This document shows, piece after piece, positions 20,735 to 29,585 of a stretch of DNA of 64,000 nucleotides. The notes under the pieces were generated by a model that was not told the origin of the DNA, searched no databases, and saw only the letters and a program-made list of their open reading frames with translations. Numbering within the stretch: position 1 is the first letter of the stretch; every line of letters starts with the position of its first letter. The position numbers were made by a program, and so were the translations under genes. The stretch comes from Patescibacteria group bacterium (GTDB taxonomy: Bacteria; Patescibacteriota; Patescibacteriia; JBDRGY01), in assembly GCA_043817315.1 (NCBI GenBank), contig JBDRGY010000003.1:59181-123180 (forward strand), written 5' to 3'.

Positions 20735-21649
20735 ATGAACGACCTGGTAATATTTAGCGGTTCAGCCAATATTCCCCTGGCCCAAGACATAGCTCGCAGT
20801 TTAAACACTCCCTTGGGAGATGTTTTAATCCAGAAATTCTCTGATGGGGAAACCTATGTTGATCTCAGAGAAGAGCTAAAAGGTAAACAAGTTTTCATCA
20901 TCCAATCTGGGTCTAATCCGGCTAATGAACATTTGATGGAATTATTACTGATGATAGATGCAGCCTGGCAAGCAGAGCCAAAAAAGATAGTGGCGGTCTT
21001 GCCTTTTATGCCTTACCGCCGCCAGGAAAGACAGGTGGAGCCGGGAGAACCAATTTCCTCTCAACTGGTCGCTGATTTGATTGAGACCGCCGGGGTGGAT
21101 AAGGCGATCATCATGGATATACACACCACCAAGATTCTAAATTTTTTTGATATCCCGGTGGCCCACATTTCAGCTACAGAAATGATTGCCCAGTATTTTA
21201 AGGACAAAATTGATGACAACTGGGTGTTAGTAGCGCCTGACGAAGGCAGTCTTTGGCACACTCAAAACGCAGCTGATGTTTTTAATTTTCCTATTGTGCA
21301 AATATTAAAAAAGAGGACCAGCCACGATAAAGTAGCCAGCATGTATATCAAGGGAGATGTCTTTGCCAAAAATGTATTGCTGATTGATGATGAGATCAAT
21401 ACAGCCGGAACTTTAGTGGAAGCGGTTAATTTATTGAAGCACCAGAAGGCAGCTGATCTATATTTTGGCTGCACTCATGCCATCTTGTCCGGACCGGCCA
21501 TAGATAGATTGCGCCACGCTCCGCTTAAGGAAATTGTTGTGACGGATTCCATTAATCTGCCCCAAGAAAAGAAACTGAAGAATTTAACCGTTTTATCAGC
21601 GGCTTCCATAATTGCTGATGCCATTAAACAAGAGGCGGCGATTTTATAA
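20735..21649 (+). CDS. prs: Ribose-phosphate pyrophosphokinase
   Basis: FSDGE, LMELLLMIDA, PY.RQ, VAPDEG and DDEINTAGT motifs. Confidence 0.95.
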   Translation: MNDLVIFSGSANIPLAQDIARSLNTPLGDVLIQKFSDGETYVDLREELKGKQVFIIQSGSNPANEHLMELLLMIDAAWQAEPKKIVAVLPFMPYRRQERQVEPGEPISSQLVADLIETAGVDKAIIMDIHTTKILNFFDIPVAHISATEMIAQYFKDKIDDNWVLVAPDEGSLWHTQNAADVFNFPIVQILKKRTSHDKVASMYIKGDVFAKNVLLIDDEINTAGTLVEAVNLLKHQKAADLYFGCTHAILSGPAIDRLRHAPLKEIVVTDSINLPQEKKLKNLTVLSAASIIADAIKQEAAIL

Positions 21650-21663
21650 ACAAGACGGAAGCA

Positions 21664-21703
21664 AATAAAAAAATAGGGCGTCTAAGCAGTTGCTTGACGC
21701 CCT
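21664..21703 (-). terminator. Intrinsic terminator for a minus-strand small gene
   Basis: AGGGCGTC-t-AAGCA / TGCTT-GACGCCCT hairpin followed on the minus strand by a T7 tract. Confidence 0.7.
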
Positions 21704-21731
21704 TGGTTGCCAGGGAAAGAAGTTGGGGAGG

Positions 21732-21890
21732 TCAGTGGACCATGCCAGAGCCAGTACCGGATTTTTCGGCTTGTTTGCTAACCGGCCGAGGCTGGTCCTG
21801 TCTGCCGTCCTGTGAGCTGGTCGGCTTGGTGTTGCTCTTTCGGCGCTTTTTCCTGCCTTTATAGGCAGATCCCTGGAAGAAATTACACAT
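21732..21890 (-). CDS. Small basic 52-aa protein (below the ORF-track cutoff)
   Basis: MCNFFQGSAYKGRKKRRKSNTKPTSSQDGRQDQPRPVSKQAEKSGTGSGMVH*, with GGGAGAG SD-like sequence, its own promoter and terminator. Confidence 0.5.
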   Translation of the reverse strand: MCNFFQGSAYKGRKKRRKSNTKPTSSQDGRQDQPRPVSKQAEKSGTGSGMVH

Positions 21891-21967
21891 TGTTTTCTCT
21901 CCCTACGCTGCCTGGATTAACAGGCTGTTTGTGGTTAAAGACCGAATTTCTCTCCTATCAGGCACTA

Positions 21968-21995
21968 ATAGTATCACAATATTAAGAAATGTCAA
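21968..21995 (-). promoter_or_regulatory. Sigma70-type promoter for the small minus-strand gene
   Basis: TTGACA-N16-TACTAT with extended TG. Confidence 0.6.
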
Positions 21996-22056
21996 GGTAT
22001 ATTATCCCGGTATTTACTAAATATAAAAAATGTGCTATAATAACAGAGTAAAAGCG

Positions 22057-23001
22057 ATGAAAAATATCGTTCTACCTTTAGGTAAAATTAGAAAAAAGGA
22101 TGTCAAAATCGCTGGTGGCAAAGGCGCTTCCTTGGGCGAAATGGCATCGGTCAAGATACCTGTTCCTAATGGTTTCGTGGTTCTAGCTCAAGCGGCTGAT
22201 CAATTTAGCAAAAACTCCGGATTTGATAAGCCAATAGTTGATTTATTCAAGAAAGTTAATCTCAAGTCAGTCAATTCGGTTAATCAGACCTCAAAAAAGA
22301 TACGTACCTTAATAAGCAAGGCAGAATTTCCTAAAGAGACTGAAAAAAGCATTTTGGATGAATTTGCCAAGCTAAAAACCAAGTATGTAGCGGTTCGTTC
22401 TTCGGCCACAGCAGAGGATAGCAATAAGGCTTCCTGGGCTGGGGAGTTAGAGACCTACCTCTATGTTGACAAGAAGAATCTGATAAAGACCGTGAAGAAG
22501 TGCTGGTCTTCTCTTTATACCCCCAGAGCCATATTCTACCGCTTTGAGAAGAAACTGGATAAAAAGAACATTGCTGTTGCCGTAGTGATTCAGCAAATGG
22601 TTGATTCAGAGATAGCTGGCGTGGCCTTTACGGTTCACCCCGTGACTAAGGACAAAAACCAAATGGTGATCGAAGCTGGTTGGGGTTTGGGGGAAGCAAT
22701 TGTAGGGGGGCAGGTTACTCCCGATACATACGTTATTGATAAGCAGGACGATTACCTAGTTGATATCAATGTATCGGAACAGACCAAGAAACTAATTAGG
22801 GCCAAAGAATCGGGGCTTAAAGAAGTTACGGTTAAAAAGTCTGATCAATCAAAGCAAAAATTATCGGGCCAACAAATAATTGCTCTGGCCAAGATTTGCC
22901 GCCAAATCGAGAAACACTACCAGTTGCCGCAAGATATTGAATGGGCCTATGCCAAGAATAAATTTTACATCACCCAATCGAGACCGATAACCACTTTATA
23001 A
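22057..23001 (+). CDS. PEP synthase/PPDK N-terminal PEP/pyruvate-binding domain only (split PpsA)
   Basis: GGKGASLGEM, VAVRSSATAED, GLGEAIVGG.V.PD, QDIEW and QSRPITTL*. No His-domain or C-terminal domain. Start moved to the ATG at 22057 because 22030 overlaps a TG-c-TATAAT box. Confidence 0.85.
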   Translation: MKNIVLPLGKIRKKDVKIAGGKGASLGEMASVKIPVPNGFVVLAQAADQFSKNSGFDKPIVDLFKKVNLKSVNSVNQTSKKIRTLISKAEFPKETEKSILDEFAKLKTKYVAVRSSATAEDSNKASWAGELETYLYVDKKNLIKTVKKCWSSLYTPRAIFYRFEKKLDKKNIAVAVVIQQMVDSEIAGVAFTVHPVTKDKNQMVIEAGWGLGEAIVGGQVTPDTYVIDKQDDYLVDINVSEQTKKLIRAKESGLKEVTVKKSDQSKQKLSGQQIIALAKICRQIEKHYQLPQDIEWAYAKNKFYITQSRPITTL

Positions 23002-23004
23002 AAT

Positions 23005-24279
23005 ATGGAGGACACTTTCAAAGTTAAAGATAAAATCCCCGTCAGAAAAGAAGACGGCACCTTTTCTATATTGGAAAGTAACGGAACTGAAGAAGTAGTT
23101 CAAAAACCAGAAATGCCCCAACCAGCTCCGCCACCACCACCTCCTCCACCTAGGCCTCAATCCCAACCTCCAGCTCCTCCCATTACAGATAGACCAGTGG
23201 AATCGCCTCCACCACCTCCGTCTAAACCCCCACAACCCAGACCGGTTCCTCCACTCCAGCCGACTATAGAAGAAAAGCCGGTTTATAAGCCACCGATTAG
23301 AGAAGACCAGAAATCAGACGTTAATGGTTCAGCTGACTTTCAATTTAGCAAAGATGACGCGGAAGAAGTGAGGGGTCATGAGGAAAAATTAAAGAGTTTC
23401 GGATCAGCCGATTTTGTCACCGACGGAGAACGGGTAACCACGGAAATTGTATCTGCCAATAACCTTACCTTTGATGATGAGATATATAGAAAGCGCCTGG
23501 TAGCTATAGTCAATTCCCGACTGAAGGATATCCGTGATTTTCTGGAAACCAAAGATATGCTGTCTCGTCCTATTAAGGTAGGGGGCATGGGCTACGAGCA
23601 AACCTTAACCCAGAAGATTTTAGATACAATCGAAGCGGAAGCTACCAAACTCCACGGTCATCCTTTGGCCAAAGTACATACCAAAAAGAAAGTGGCTCCT
23701 CCTGCTGTAAAGCCGATCCTTCCCAAGGAAATCAGACAGTCCAAACCCAAGGCTCCAGTTCCAGAATCAACCGCCCCCAAGATTGCAGATGCGCCAAAAC
23801 CTATTCAGCCAAAAGTTGTCAGCCAGCCGATACGCCGGACCGTGCCCATGAGGGCACCAACTAAACCAACTGTGATTTCTTCCATACCCCAAGTAAAGAG
23901 GCCTATAGTAGAGGGGGAAAGACCCAAGATTGAGGACATTAAAAAACTACCCAAAGTGATGAGTCCCATCGATGAGATCAGGGAGATGGACTTGGGGGAC
24001 TTCCGGCGCCTGGGAACTGATGCCAGGGGACGTGTTAATAAGCTGATCGAAAAATTAGAAATACTAGAAGAAGAATCATACGCCAAGAAAGCTCAGGGAA
24101 AAGATGCCTGGAAGAAATCAAGGATATATATGTTGTATTTAGAAATTGGTCAGCAAAGCATGGTTCAGGCCAAACCGATAGAAGAAATAGTGGCTGTAAG
24201 GGCCCAGCAGAATCTGCCTACTATCAACTTTGATGAGTTCGAAGCTATCGCTGATTTTAACAAAACATTAAGGTTCTAA
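23005..24279 (+). CDS. Hypothetical protein with proline-rich linkers
   Basis: Poly-Pro tracts separating helical domains; lies directly upstream of PrgI. Confidence 0.7.
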   Translation: MEDTFKVKDKIPVRKEDGTFSILESNGTEEVVQKPEMPQPAPPPPPPPPRPQSQPPAPPITDRPVESPPPPPSKPPQPRPVPPLQPTIEEKPVYKPPIREDQKSDVNGSADFQFSKDDAEEVRGHEEKLKSFGSADFVTDGERVTTEIVSANNLTFDDEIYRKRLVAIVNSRLKDIRDFLETKDMLSRPIKVGGMGYEQTLTQKILDTIEAEATKLHGHPLAKVHTKKKVAPPAVKPILPKEIRQSKPKAPVPESTAPKIADAPKPIQPKVVSQPIRRTVPMRAPTKPTVISSIPQVKRPIVEGERPKIEDIKKLPKVMSPIDEIREMDLGDFRRLGTDARGRVNKLIEKLEILEEESYAKKAQGKDAWKKSRIYMLYLEIGQQSMVQAKPIEEIVAVRAQQNLPTINFDEFEAIADFNKTLRF

Positions 24280-24281
24280 TA

Positions 24282-24755
24282 ATGCAATTTCTGGTTCCCC
24301 AATTTATAGACACGGAAGATAGAATATTCGGTCCGATTTCCACCAGGCAATTCGTGGAAATCCTGGCCGGTTTTGGCATGATGTATGTTGCCTACAAAAT
24401 GAGCACTTTTTGGCTCTTTGCTATGGAGGCAGTTTTTATTTTAGGCTTGGTAGTGGTTTTTGCCTTTGTCCGTATCAACGGGCAGGGCTTTCATTTTTTT
24501 GTCCTTAATCTAATCCAGACTTTACGTCGGCCCAAGATTAAAATTTGGTTAAAGGTAATTGCCGATAATAAAATATTTCCTTCCAAGCAGAAAGAAGTAA
24601 CAGTAGCGGCAACTGCGCCTAAACCGATGGTAACCTCCTCGCGACTGACAGAATTGTCTTTGGTAGTTGATACCGGGGGAGTGTATAAATCAGACGAAGA
24701 AAAAGCCAAGGAATTAATAAATTCTCAAAATGCCCAAAGAAAAAGAAAAAAGTAA
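24282..24755 (+). CDS. PrgI family (VirB3-like) protein
   Basis: MQF.VPQFID.EDRIFGP.S.RQF followed by two TM helices. Confidence 0.85.
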   Translation: MQFLVPQFIDTEDRIFGPISTRQFVEILAGFGMMYVAYKMSTFWLFAMEAVFILGLVVVFAFVRINGQGFHFFVLNLIQTLRRPKIKIWLKVIADNKIFPSKQKEVTVAATAPKPMVTSSRLTELSLVVDTGGVYKSDEEKAKELINSQNAQRKRKK

Positions 24756-25437
24756 GATGAAACCATCTCAGACTAAGAAGCAAAAAGCCTCAACCCAGGC
24801 TTATCTGGACATATCCGAAATTAAAGATGATTGTGTGGTAATGAAGGACGGTACTTTGCGCATGGTATTGTTAGTTTCTTCTATTAATTTTTCGTTAAAA
24901 TCCCAAGATGAACAAAATGCTGTTATCCAAGCATACACCATGTTTCTCAATACTCTTGATTTTCCCTTGCAGATTGTCATTCAGTCCAGGAGGCTAAATA
25001 TTGAAGATTACCTGAAAAAATTACAAAAGACAGAAAGAGAACAGGTCAATGAATTGCTGAAAATGCAAACGGCTGATTATCGTAAATTCGTCGGAGAATT
25101 AGTGGAATTAGGAGATATTATGAGCAAGCGCTTCTTCGTGGTTGTACCCTATTCAGCTTTGACCAATAAACCCAAATCTTTTATGGATCGTATCAGGGAG
25201 ACTTTGTCCCCGACCTCGATTATTAAATTGAGCCAATCTAAGTTTGAAAAATTCAGAAACGAATGCCGCAAGAGGACCGAAATGATAATGGGCGGATTGG
25301 GTTCAATGGACTTGAAGGCTGTCATTTTGGACACTCAATCTTTGATTGAACTGTATTACAATAGTTATAACCCTACTGTTTCAGATTCACAAAAATTAAC
25401 AGAACCAGGAAAGGTGCAAGCCGAACCCTATGATTGA
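24730..25437 (+). CDS. T4SS-associated protein (VirB4/TraE N-terminal-like)
   Basis: I.EIKDD.VV.KDG, VSSINF.LKS.DEQ, FLN.LDFP.QI.IQSR and LIELYY..YNP motifs; lies between PrgI and VirB4. Confidence 0.75.
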   Translation: MPKEKEKSKMKPSQTKKQKASTQAYLDISEIKDDCVVMKDGTLRMVLLVSSINFSLKSQDEQNAVIQAYTMFLNTLDFPLQIVIQSRRLNIEDYLKKLQKTEREQVNELLKMQTADYRKFVGELVELGDIMSKRFFVVVPYSALTNKPKSFMDRIRETLSPTSIIKLSQSKFEKFRNECRKRTEMIMGGLGSMDLKAVILDTQSLIELYYNSYNPTVSDSQKLTEPGKVQAEPYD

Positions 25438-27436
25438 ATTAGCTAAAGAAAAAGAAGTAAAATCCCAAGAAGAAATCCTGACTAAGGAGGAAAAAACCAA
25501 GAAAGAGCAGGAAGAGCTTCTGGAGAAAAAGGAACTTTACGAAGCTACCCGTAGTTATTTGGAAGGAGTGATTTCAGTTAAGGATTTGATCGCCCCGGCT
25601 GGCATGAGGGTGCAGCCCTCCTATGTGGAGTTGGGAGACAAGTTGGTGCGAACCGTTTTTGTGGTGACCTACCCTCGTTATATTGCCGTTGGCTGGTTCG
25701 CCCCGATTATCAGCATGAACGTGCCTTTGGACATTTCCATGTATTTTTATCCAGTACCCTCTCAGATTGTTTTAAAGCAACTTAAGAAAAAGGTGGGTAC
25801 CCTGGAGGCGGATATTATTGCTGATGCCGAAAAAGGAGCCCCCCGCGACCCCATTAGAGAAACAGCCCTGAAAGACATCGAGCGACTAAGAGACGATCTG
25901 ACCCAGGGTATTGAGAAATTTTTCCAGTTTGCACTATACGTTACTGTCTACGCCGACGATATCAAAGAACTTAATGAATTATCGGAAAAGGTAGAGGGCA
26001 TGTTTGGCTCCAAGCTGGTATATTCCAAACGAGTTTTGTATCAAGCGGAGCAAGGGTTTAATTCTACATTGCCCTTGGGCAGCGATGAGCTGCTAATCAG
26101 CTTTAATATGAATTCTTCTCCTTGCGCCTCTTCTTTTCCCTTTATTTCTTCTGAATTGTCTTCAGACAACGGGGTTCTTTACGGCATTAACCGACACAAC
26201 AATAGTTTAATATTGTTTGATCGCTTTAGTCTACAAAACGCTAACAGTGTAGTCTTTGCTACCTCAGGAGCGGGTAAGAGTTATGCGGTTAAATTGGAGG
26301 CCTTGCGCAGTTTGATGATGGGCACTAGTGTCATCATTATCGATCCGGAAATGGAATATAAATATTTGTGCGAAGCGGTTGGTGGGACCTATATTAACAT
26401 TTCTTTGAATTCGGAAAGTAAGATTAATCCTTTTGATTTACCAAGACCTGTCGGAGAGGGAGTAAAACCGGCTGATATTATTCGTAGTGCGGTCATTACC
26501 CTGAAGGGAATGATGCGCCTGATGTTGGGAGACCTTACTCACCAAGAGGATTCGCTGGTTGACCGAGCTCTTTTAGAAACCTATGCCAAAAAAGATATTA
26601 CTTCTGATTCTGATCTGGCAAAAGTAGAGCCTCCTTTGATGTCGGATTTTGAAGAAGTGATGGGCGGCATGGAGGGCAGTGATAGCCTGGTTAGCAGAAT
26701 CAAGAAATATACCGAAGGAACATTTTCCGGTCTTTTTAACAGTCCTACTAATATTGAAATGGATAATCAGATGGTGGTTTTCAGTGTCCGTGATTTGGAA
26801 GATGAGTTAAGACCGATCGGCATTTCTACAATCGTTTCCTATATCTGGAACGTGGTCCGATCTGAAATGAAAAAGAGAGTCTTGGTAATCGATGAAGCCT
26901 GGTGGTTGATGCAAAACGAAGATTCAGCCAAATTCATTTTTGCTCTGGTAAAACGATGTCGTAAATATTATTTAGGAGTTACTACCATTACTCAAGACGT
27001 CAATGACTTTTTGAGATCGCCTTATGGCCAAGCCATTGTCACCAACTCAGCTATCCAAATGCTGTTGAAGCAGTCACCTGCTGGCATCGATATTCTGGTC
27101 AAAACCTTTATGCTGACTCAGGGTGAAAAGTACTTACTTCTAGAATCGGGAGTGGGAGAGGGTATTTTCTTTGCTGGAAATAGTCACGTAGCTATCAAAG
27201 TGGTCGCTTCCTATACCGAAGATCAACTAATTACTTCTGATCCCAGGCAGCTGCTGGAAATTGAGCAGGCCAAGAGAGAATTTCAGGAGGAATTAGACAG
27301 CGGCCAGCTACCACCCCAAGAAGAAGGAGAGGGGGCCGCAGATGGTCTTTATGAGCCGGAACCGATAGACCGTAAGGCAGAAGAAATCACCAAAGAAGGT
27401 GCGCTCGGTCCGGAGCCCAAACAGATCCAACAATAA
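25430..27436 (+). CDS. virB4: VirB4-like T4SS ATPase
   Basis: Walker A ATSGAGKS, IIDPE.EY, INPFD, Walker B IDEAW, RKY..G.TTITQD. Confidence 0.9.
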   Translation: MIELAKEKEVKSQEEILTKEEKTKKEQEELLEKKELYEATRSYLEGVISVKDLIAPAGMRVQPSYVELGDKLVRTVFVVTYPRYIAVGWFAPIISMNVPLDISMYFYPVPSQIVLKQLKKKVGTLEADIIADAEKGAPRDPIRETALKDIERLRDDLTQGIEKFFQFALYVTVYADDIKELNELSEKVEGMFGSKLVYSKRVLYQAEQGFNSTLPLGSDELLISFNMNSSPCASSFPFISSELSSDNGVLYGINRHNNSLILFDRFSLQNANSVVFATSGAGKSYAVKLEALRSLMMGTSVIIIDPEMEYKYLCEAVGGTYINISLNSESKINPFDLPRPVGEGVKPADIIRSAVITLKGMMRLMLGDLTHQEDSLVDRALLETYAKKDITSDSDLAKVEPPLMSDFEEVMGGMEGSDSLVSRIKKYTEGTFSGLFNSPTNIEMDNQMVVFSVRDLEDELRPIGISTIVSYIWNVVRSEMKKRVLVIDEAWWLMQNEDSAKFIFALVKRCRKYYLGVTTITQDVNDFLRSPYGQAIVTNSAIQMLLKQSPAGIDILVKTFMLTQGEKYLLLESGVGEGIFFAGNSHVAIKVVASYTEDQLITSDPRQLLEIEQAKREFQEELDSGQLPPQEEGEGAADGLYEPEPIDRKAEEITKEGALGPEPKQIQQ

Positions 27437-27447
27437 ATTTTAGCTAT

Positions 27448-28092
27448 ATGCCAAAACGTTCAACAAAAAATCAAGGTATGTCCCGGGTTACTATTATGTT
27501 GATAGCAGTGGCCATTCTGTTGATTGTAGTTTTGATCGTGGCTTACTTTATCTACCAGAGAAATCCCCAGAACGAGAATACCAATACAACTACAAACCTA
27601 AATACCAATCAAGCTACCACTAACTTGAACGTAAACAATAGCCTCAACACCAATACTAGCACCAATGTAAATCTAAACTTAAACACAGCGCCAACTACTA
27701 CCGATGCCAAGATAAAAGCCGAGCTACAAAGAATAGCCATCAACTTTACAGAGATTTGGGGTAGCTATTCCAACCAGAGCGATTTCGAGAACATTTTAGA
27801 CCTCAAAGTATTTATGACCGAGAAGATGGGCGATTGGGCTGATGATTATGTGAAAAACGCCAAGGAGAATCAGCCGGCAGCCGGCATCTACTATGGTGTT
27901 ACCTCTAAGGTGTTATCAGCCAAAGTGTCCAAATTTGATAAAGACAAAGGGACAGCTGAATTCCTGGTTACCACCCAACGCAAAGAATCGACAGGTACCG
28001 TAGCCAATTCCCGAATTTTCTATCAAGATAATATTATCAAGTTCGAAAAAGAGGGCGGCGTTTGGAAAGTGGCTGGTTCTTTTTGGCAATAA
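27448..28092 (+). CDS. Bitopic protein with Asn/Thr-rich stalk and NTF2-like (VirB8/TcpC-like) C-terminal domain
   Basis: One TM helix, (N-x)n linker, F.E.WGSYS.QS and C-terminal KEGGVWKV. Confidence 0.55.
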   Translation: MPKRSTKNQGMSRVTIMLIAVAILLIVVLIVAYFIYQRNPQNENTNTTTNLNTNQATTNLNVNNSLNTNTSTNVNLNLNTAPTTTDAKIKAELQRIAINFTEIWGSYSNQSDFENILDLKVFMTEKMGDWADDYVKNAKENQPAAGIYYGVTSKVLSAKVSKFDKDKGTAEFLVTTQRKESTGTVANSRIFYQDNIIKFEKEGGVWKVAGSFWQ

Positions 28093-28106
28093 TTAAAATT
28101 ACATTT

Positions 28107-28466
28107 ATGGTTGATTATTGGGAAGGCGCCGATCAAAATGATAAAAAGGAACTGGAGTTATTGGAGAAGGATATCAGAAAGAAGTTAGAAGATTTTGAAA
28201 GAATAATTCCACAAACTCAGAACTTCGAGGCTTGGCAGACAGAATATGATAAAATTGCCGAGCTGTTATTTAAAAGATTTGCTCTTAAAAATAAGATACT
28301 AAACAGCCAGGAGAATTGGTTCCGTAATGGTAAAGGTTCTATCCCTGATTGGCAATCAAAATTACCCACAGCAAGGGGTAATATTTCGAGGGAGCTTAAG
28401 GAAGATCTTGCAGTATCAGCTTTACTAATTGAGGATTTATCTAAGTCAGGAGGGAAAAATGGTTGA
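28107..28466 (+). CDS. Hypothetical protein
   Basis: Fills the operon gap; ATG at 28107 avoids overlap with the upstream gene. Confidence 0.55.
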   Translation: MVDYWEGADQNDKKELELLEKDIRKKLEDFERIIPQTQNFEAWQTEYDKIAELLFKRFALKNKILNSQENWFRNGKGSIPDWQSKLPTARGNISRELKEDLAVSALLIEDLSKSGGKNG

Positions 28467-29568
28467 TGTTGCCCAAGCTGGACAAGTAGCAACACAGCTG
28501 ATAAGTCGTGTTCCTTTGAAATTGATGATGGGTCAAGCCGCTAATTTGATGGGAGCCCAAGGGGCTATGGAGACTTTTAGGGGGGTATCTAGTCAAGATA
28601 TTAAGAATTATGCCAATTATGCCAAGTCGGCCTATGTCACTAAGCGTACTGCAGCTAGAGAAAGGGCCAAGGAAAGAAGAAAAAAGATACAGAACCGTCG
28701 CAATGCGCCATTACAAACTGGCGGCGCAGCGATCGCTAGTGCCTCTCAACAAGAACGTGAGGCCGATGAAGACAGACAGTTGCAGGAGCAAGATTTGTAT
28801 GATCGTAATCCGCAGATGGCCAAAGTTGGTCCAGAGCAGCAAAGCCTGGTGCAGAGAACCTTGAACAGAAGAAAGGCCGCCAGGGCCAGAAAAAGAAGAG
28901 AAGCCACCAAGCTAAAAAGTCAGACCGGTGTCAAGTCATCATTACCAAGCCAGGGAATGATCCAGTCAAGCTTAGCGGGCCAGGGCCAAATTCCTTCCTG
29001 GGGAGATCAAGCCGGTGGCGGAGGATCACAAGCCGCTGGCACAGAAGCTGATGCAGGAGCAGCAGCACAAGATCAGGCTGAAAAAGAAGAGCCGGAAAAG
29101 GTAGAAGAAGACAAGCAGGGAGAAGCCAGGAGAAGACTCAATGCCTTTCGTCGCTTAAGTAAGGCTAAGGAATCCGGGGAAATTGGTGATCTGAAACTTA
29201 AGGATATAAAAAAGGCCAAAGAAGTAATCAAGCACCTTCAGAATATATATCGGGTGATCAACGGAACATCGGCCGTTTCTGTTGTGGGATTGATTATTAC
29301 ATTTCTGGTGATGAATGCCCAATTGATTTTGGGTAACGGGTTCAAGATAAAAATTGTGCCACCACTTCATTGGAGTGAAGTCGGTTTGATCGGATTAGTA
29401 GATGTCCTGTTGGCCGTTTTACTTCTGCTTGCCATGTTACAGATTGCCATATTTGGGATAATGATTTACAACATCCTACACCCCGAAGCCTTTATTGAAT
29501 ATATGGATATAATATTAAAATCGGGCCTTCAGGGTTTGTTTGATACCTTAAAGGCAATCTTTACCTGA
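28459..29568 (+). CDS. Hypothetical membrane protein (charged/low-complexity N-terminus, C-terminal TM helices)
   Basis: GGAGG SD before the ATG at 28459; R/K/Q-rich region followed by hydrophobic helices. Confidence 0.7.
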   Translation: MVDVAQAGQVATQLISRVPLKLMMGQAANLMGAQGAMETFRGVSSQDIKNYANYAKSAYVTKRTAARERAKERRKKIQNRRNAPLQTGGAAIASASQQEREADEDRQLQEQDLYDRNPQMAKVGPEQQSLVQRTLNRRKAARARKRREATKLKSQTGVKSSLPSQGMIQSSLAGQGQIPSWGDQAGGGGSQAAGTEADAGAAAQDQAEKEEPEKVEEDKQGEARRRLNAFRRLSKAKESGEIGDLKLKDIKKAKEVIKHLQNIYRVINGTSAVSVVGLIITFLVMNAQLILGNGFKIKIVPPLHWSEVGLIGLVDVLLAVLLLLAMLQIAIFGIMIYNILHPEAFIEYMDIILKSGLQGLFDTLKAIFT

Positions 29569-29585
29569 TATCTAATTATAAGTCT

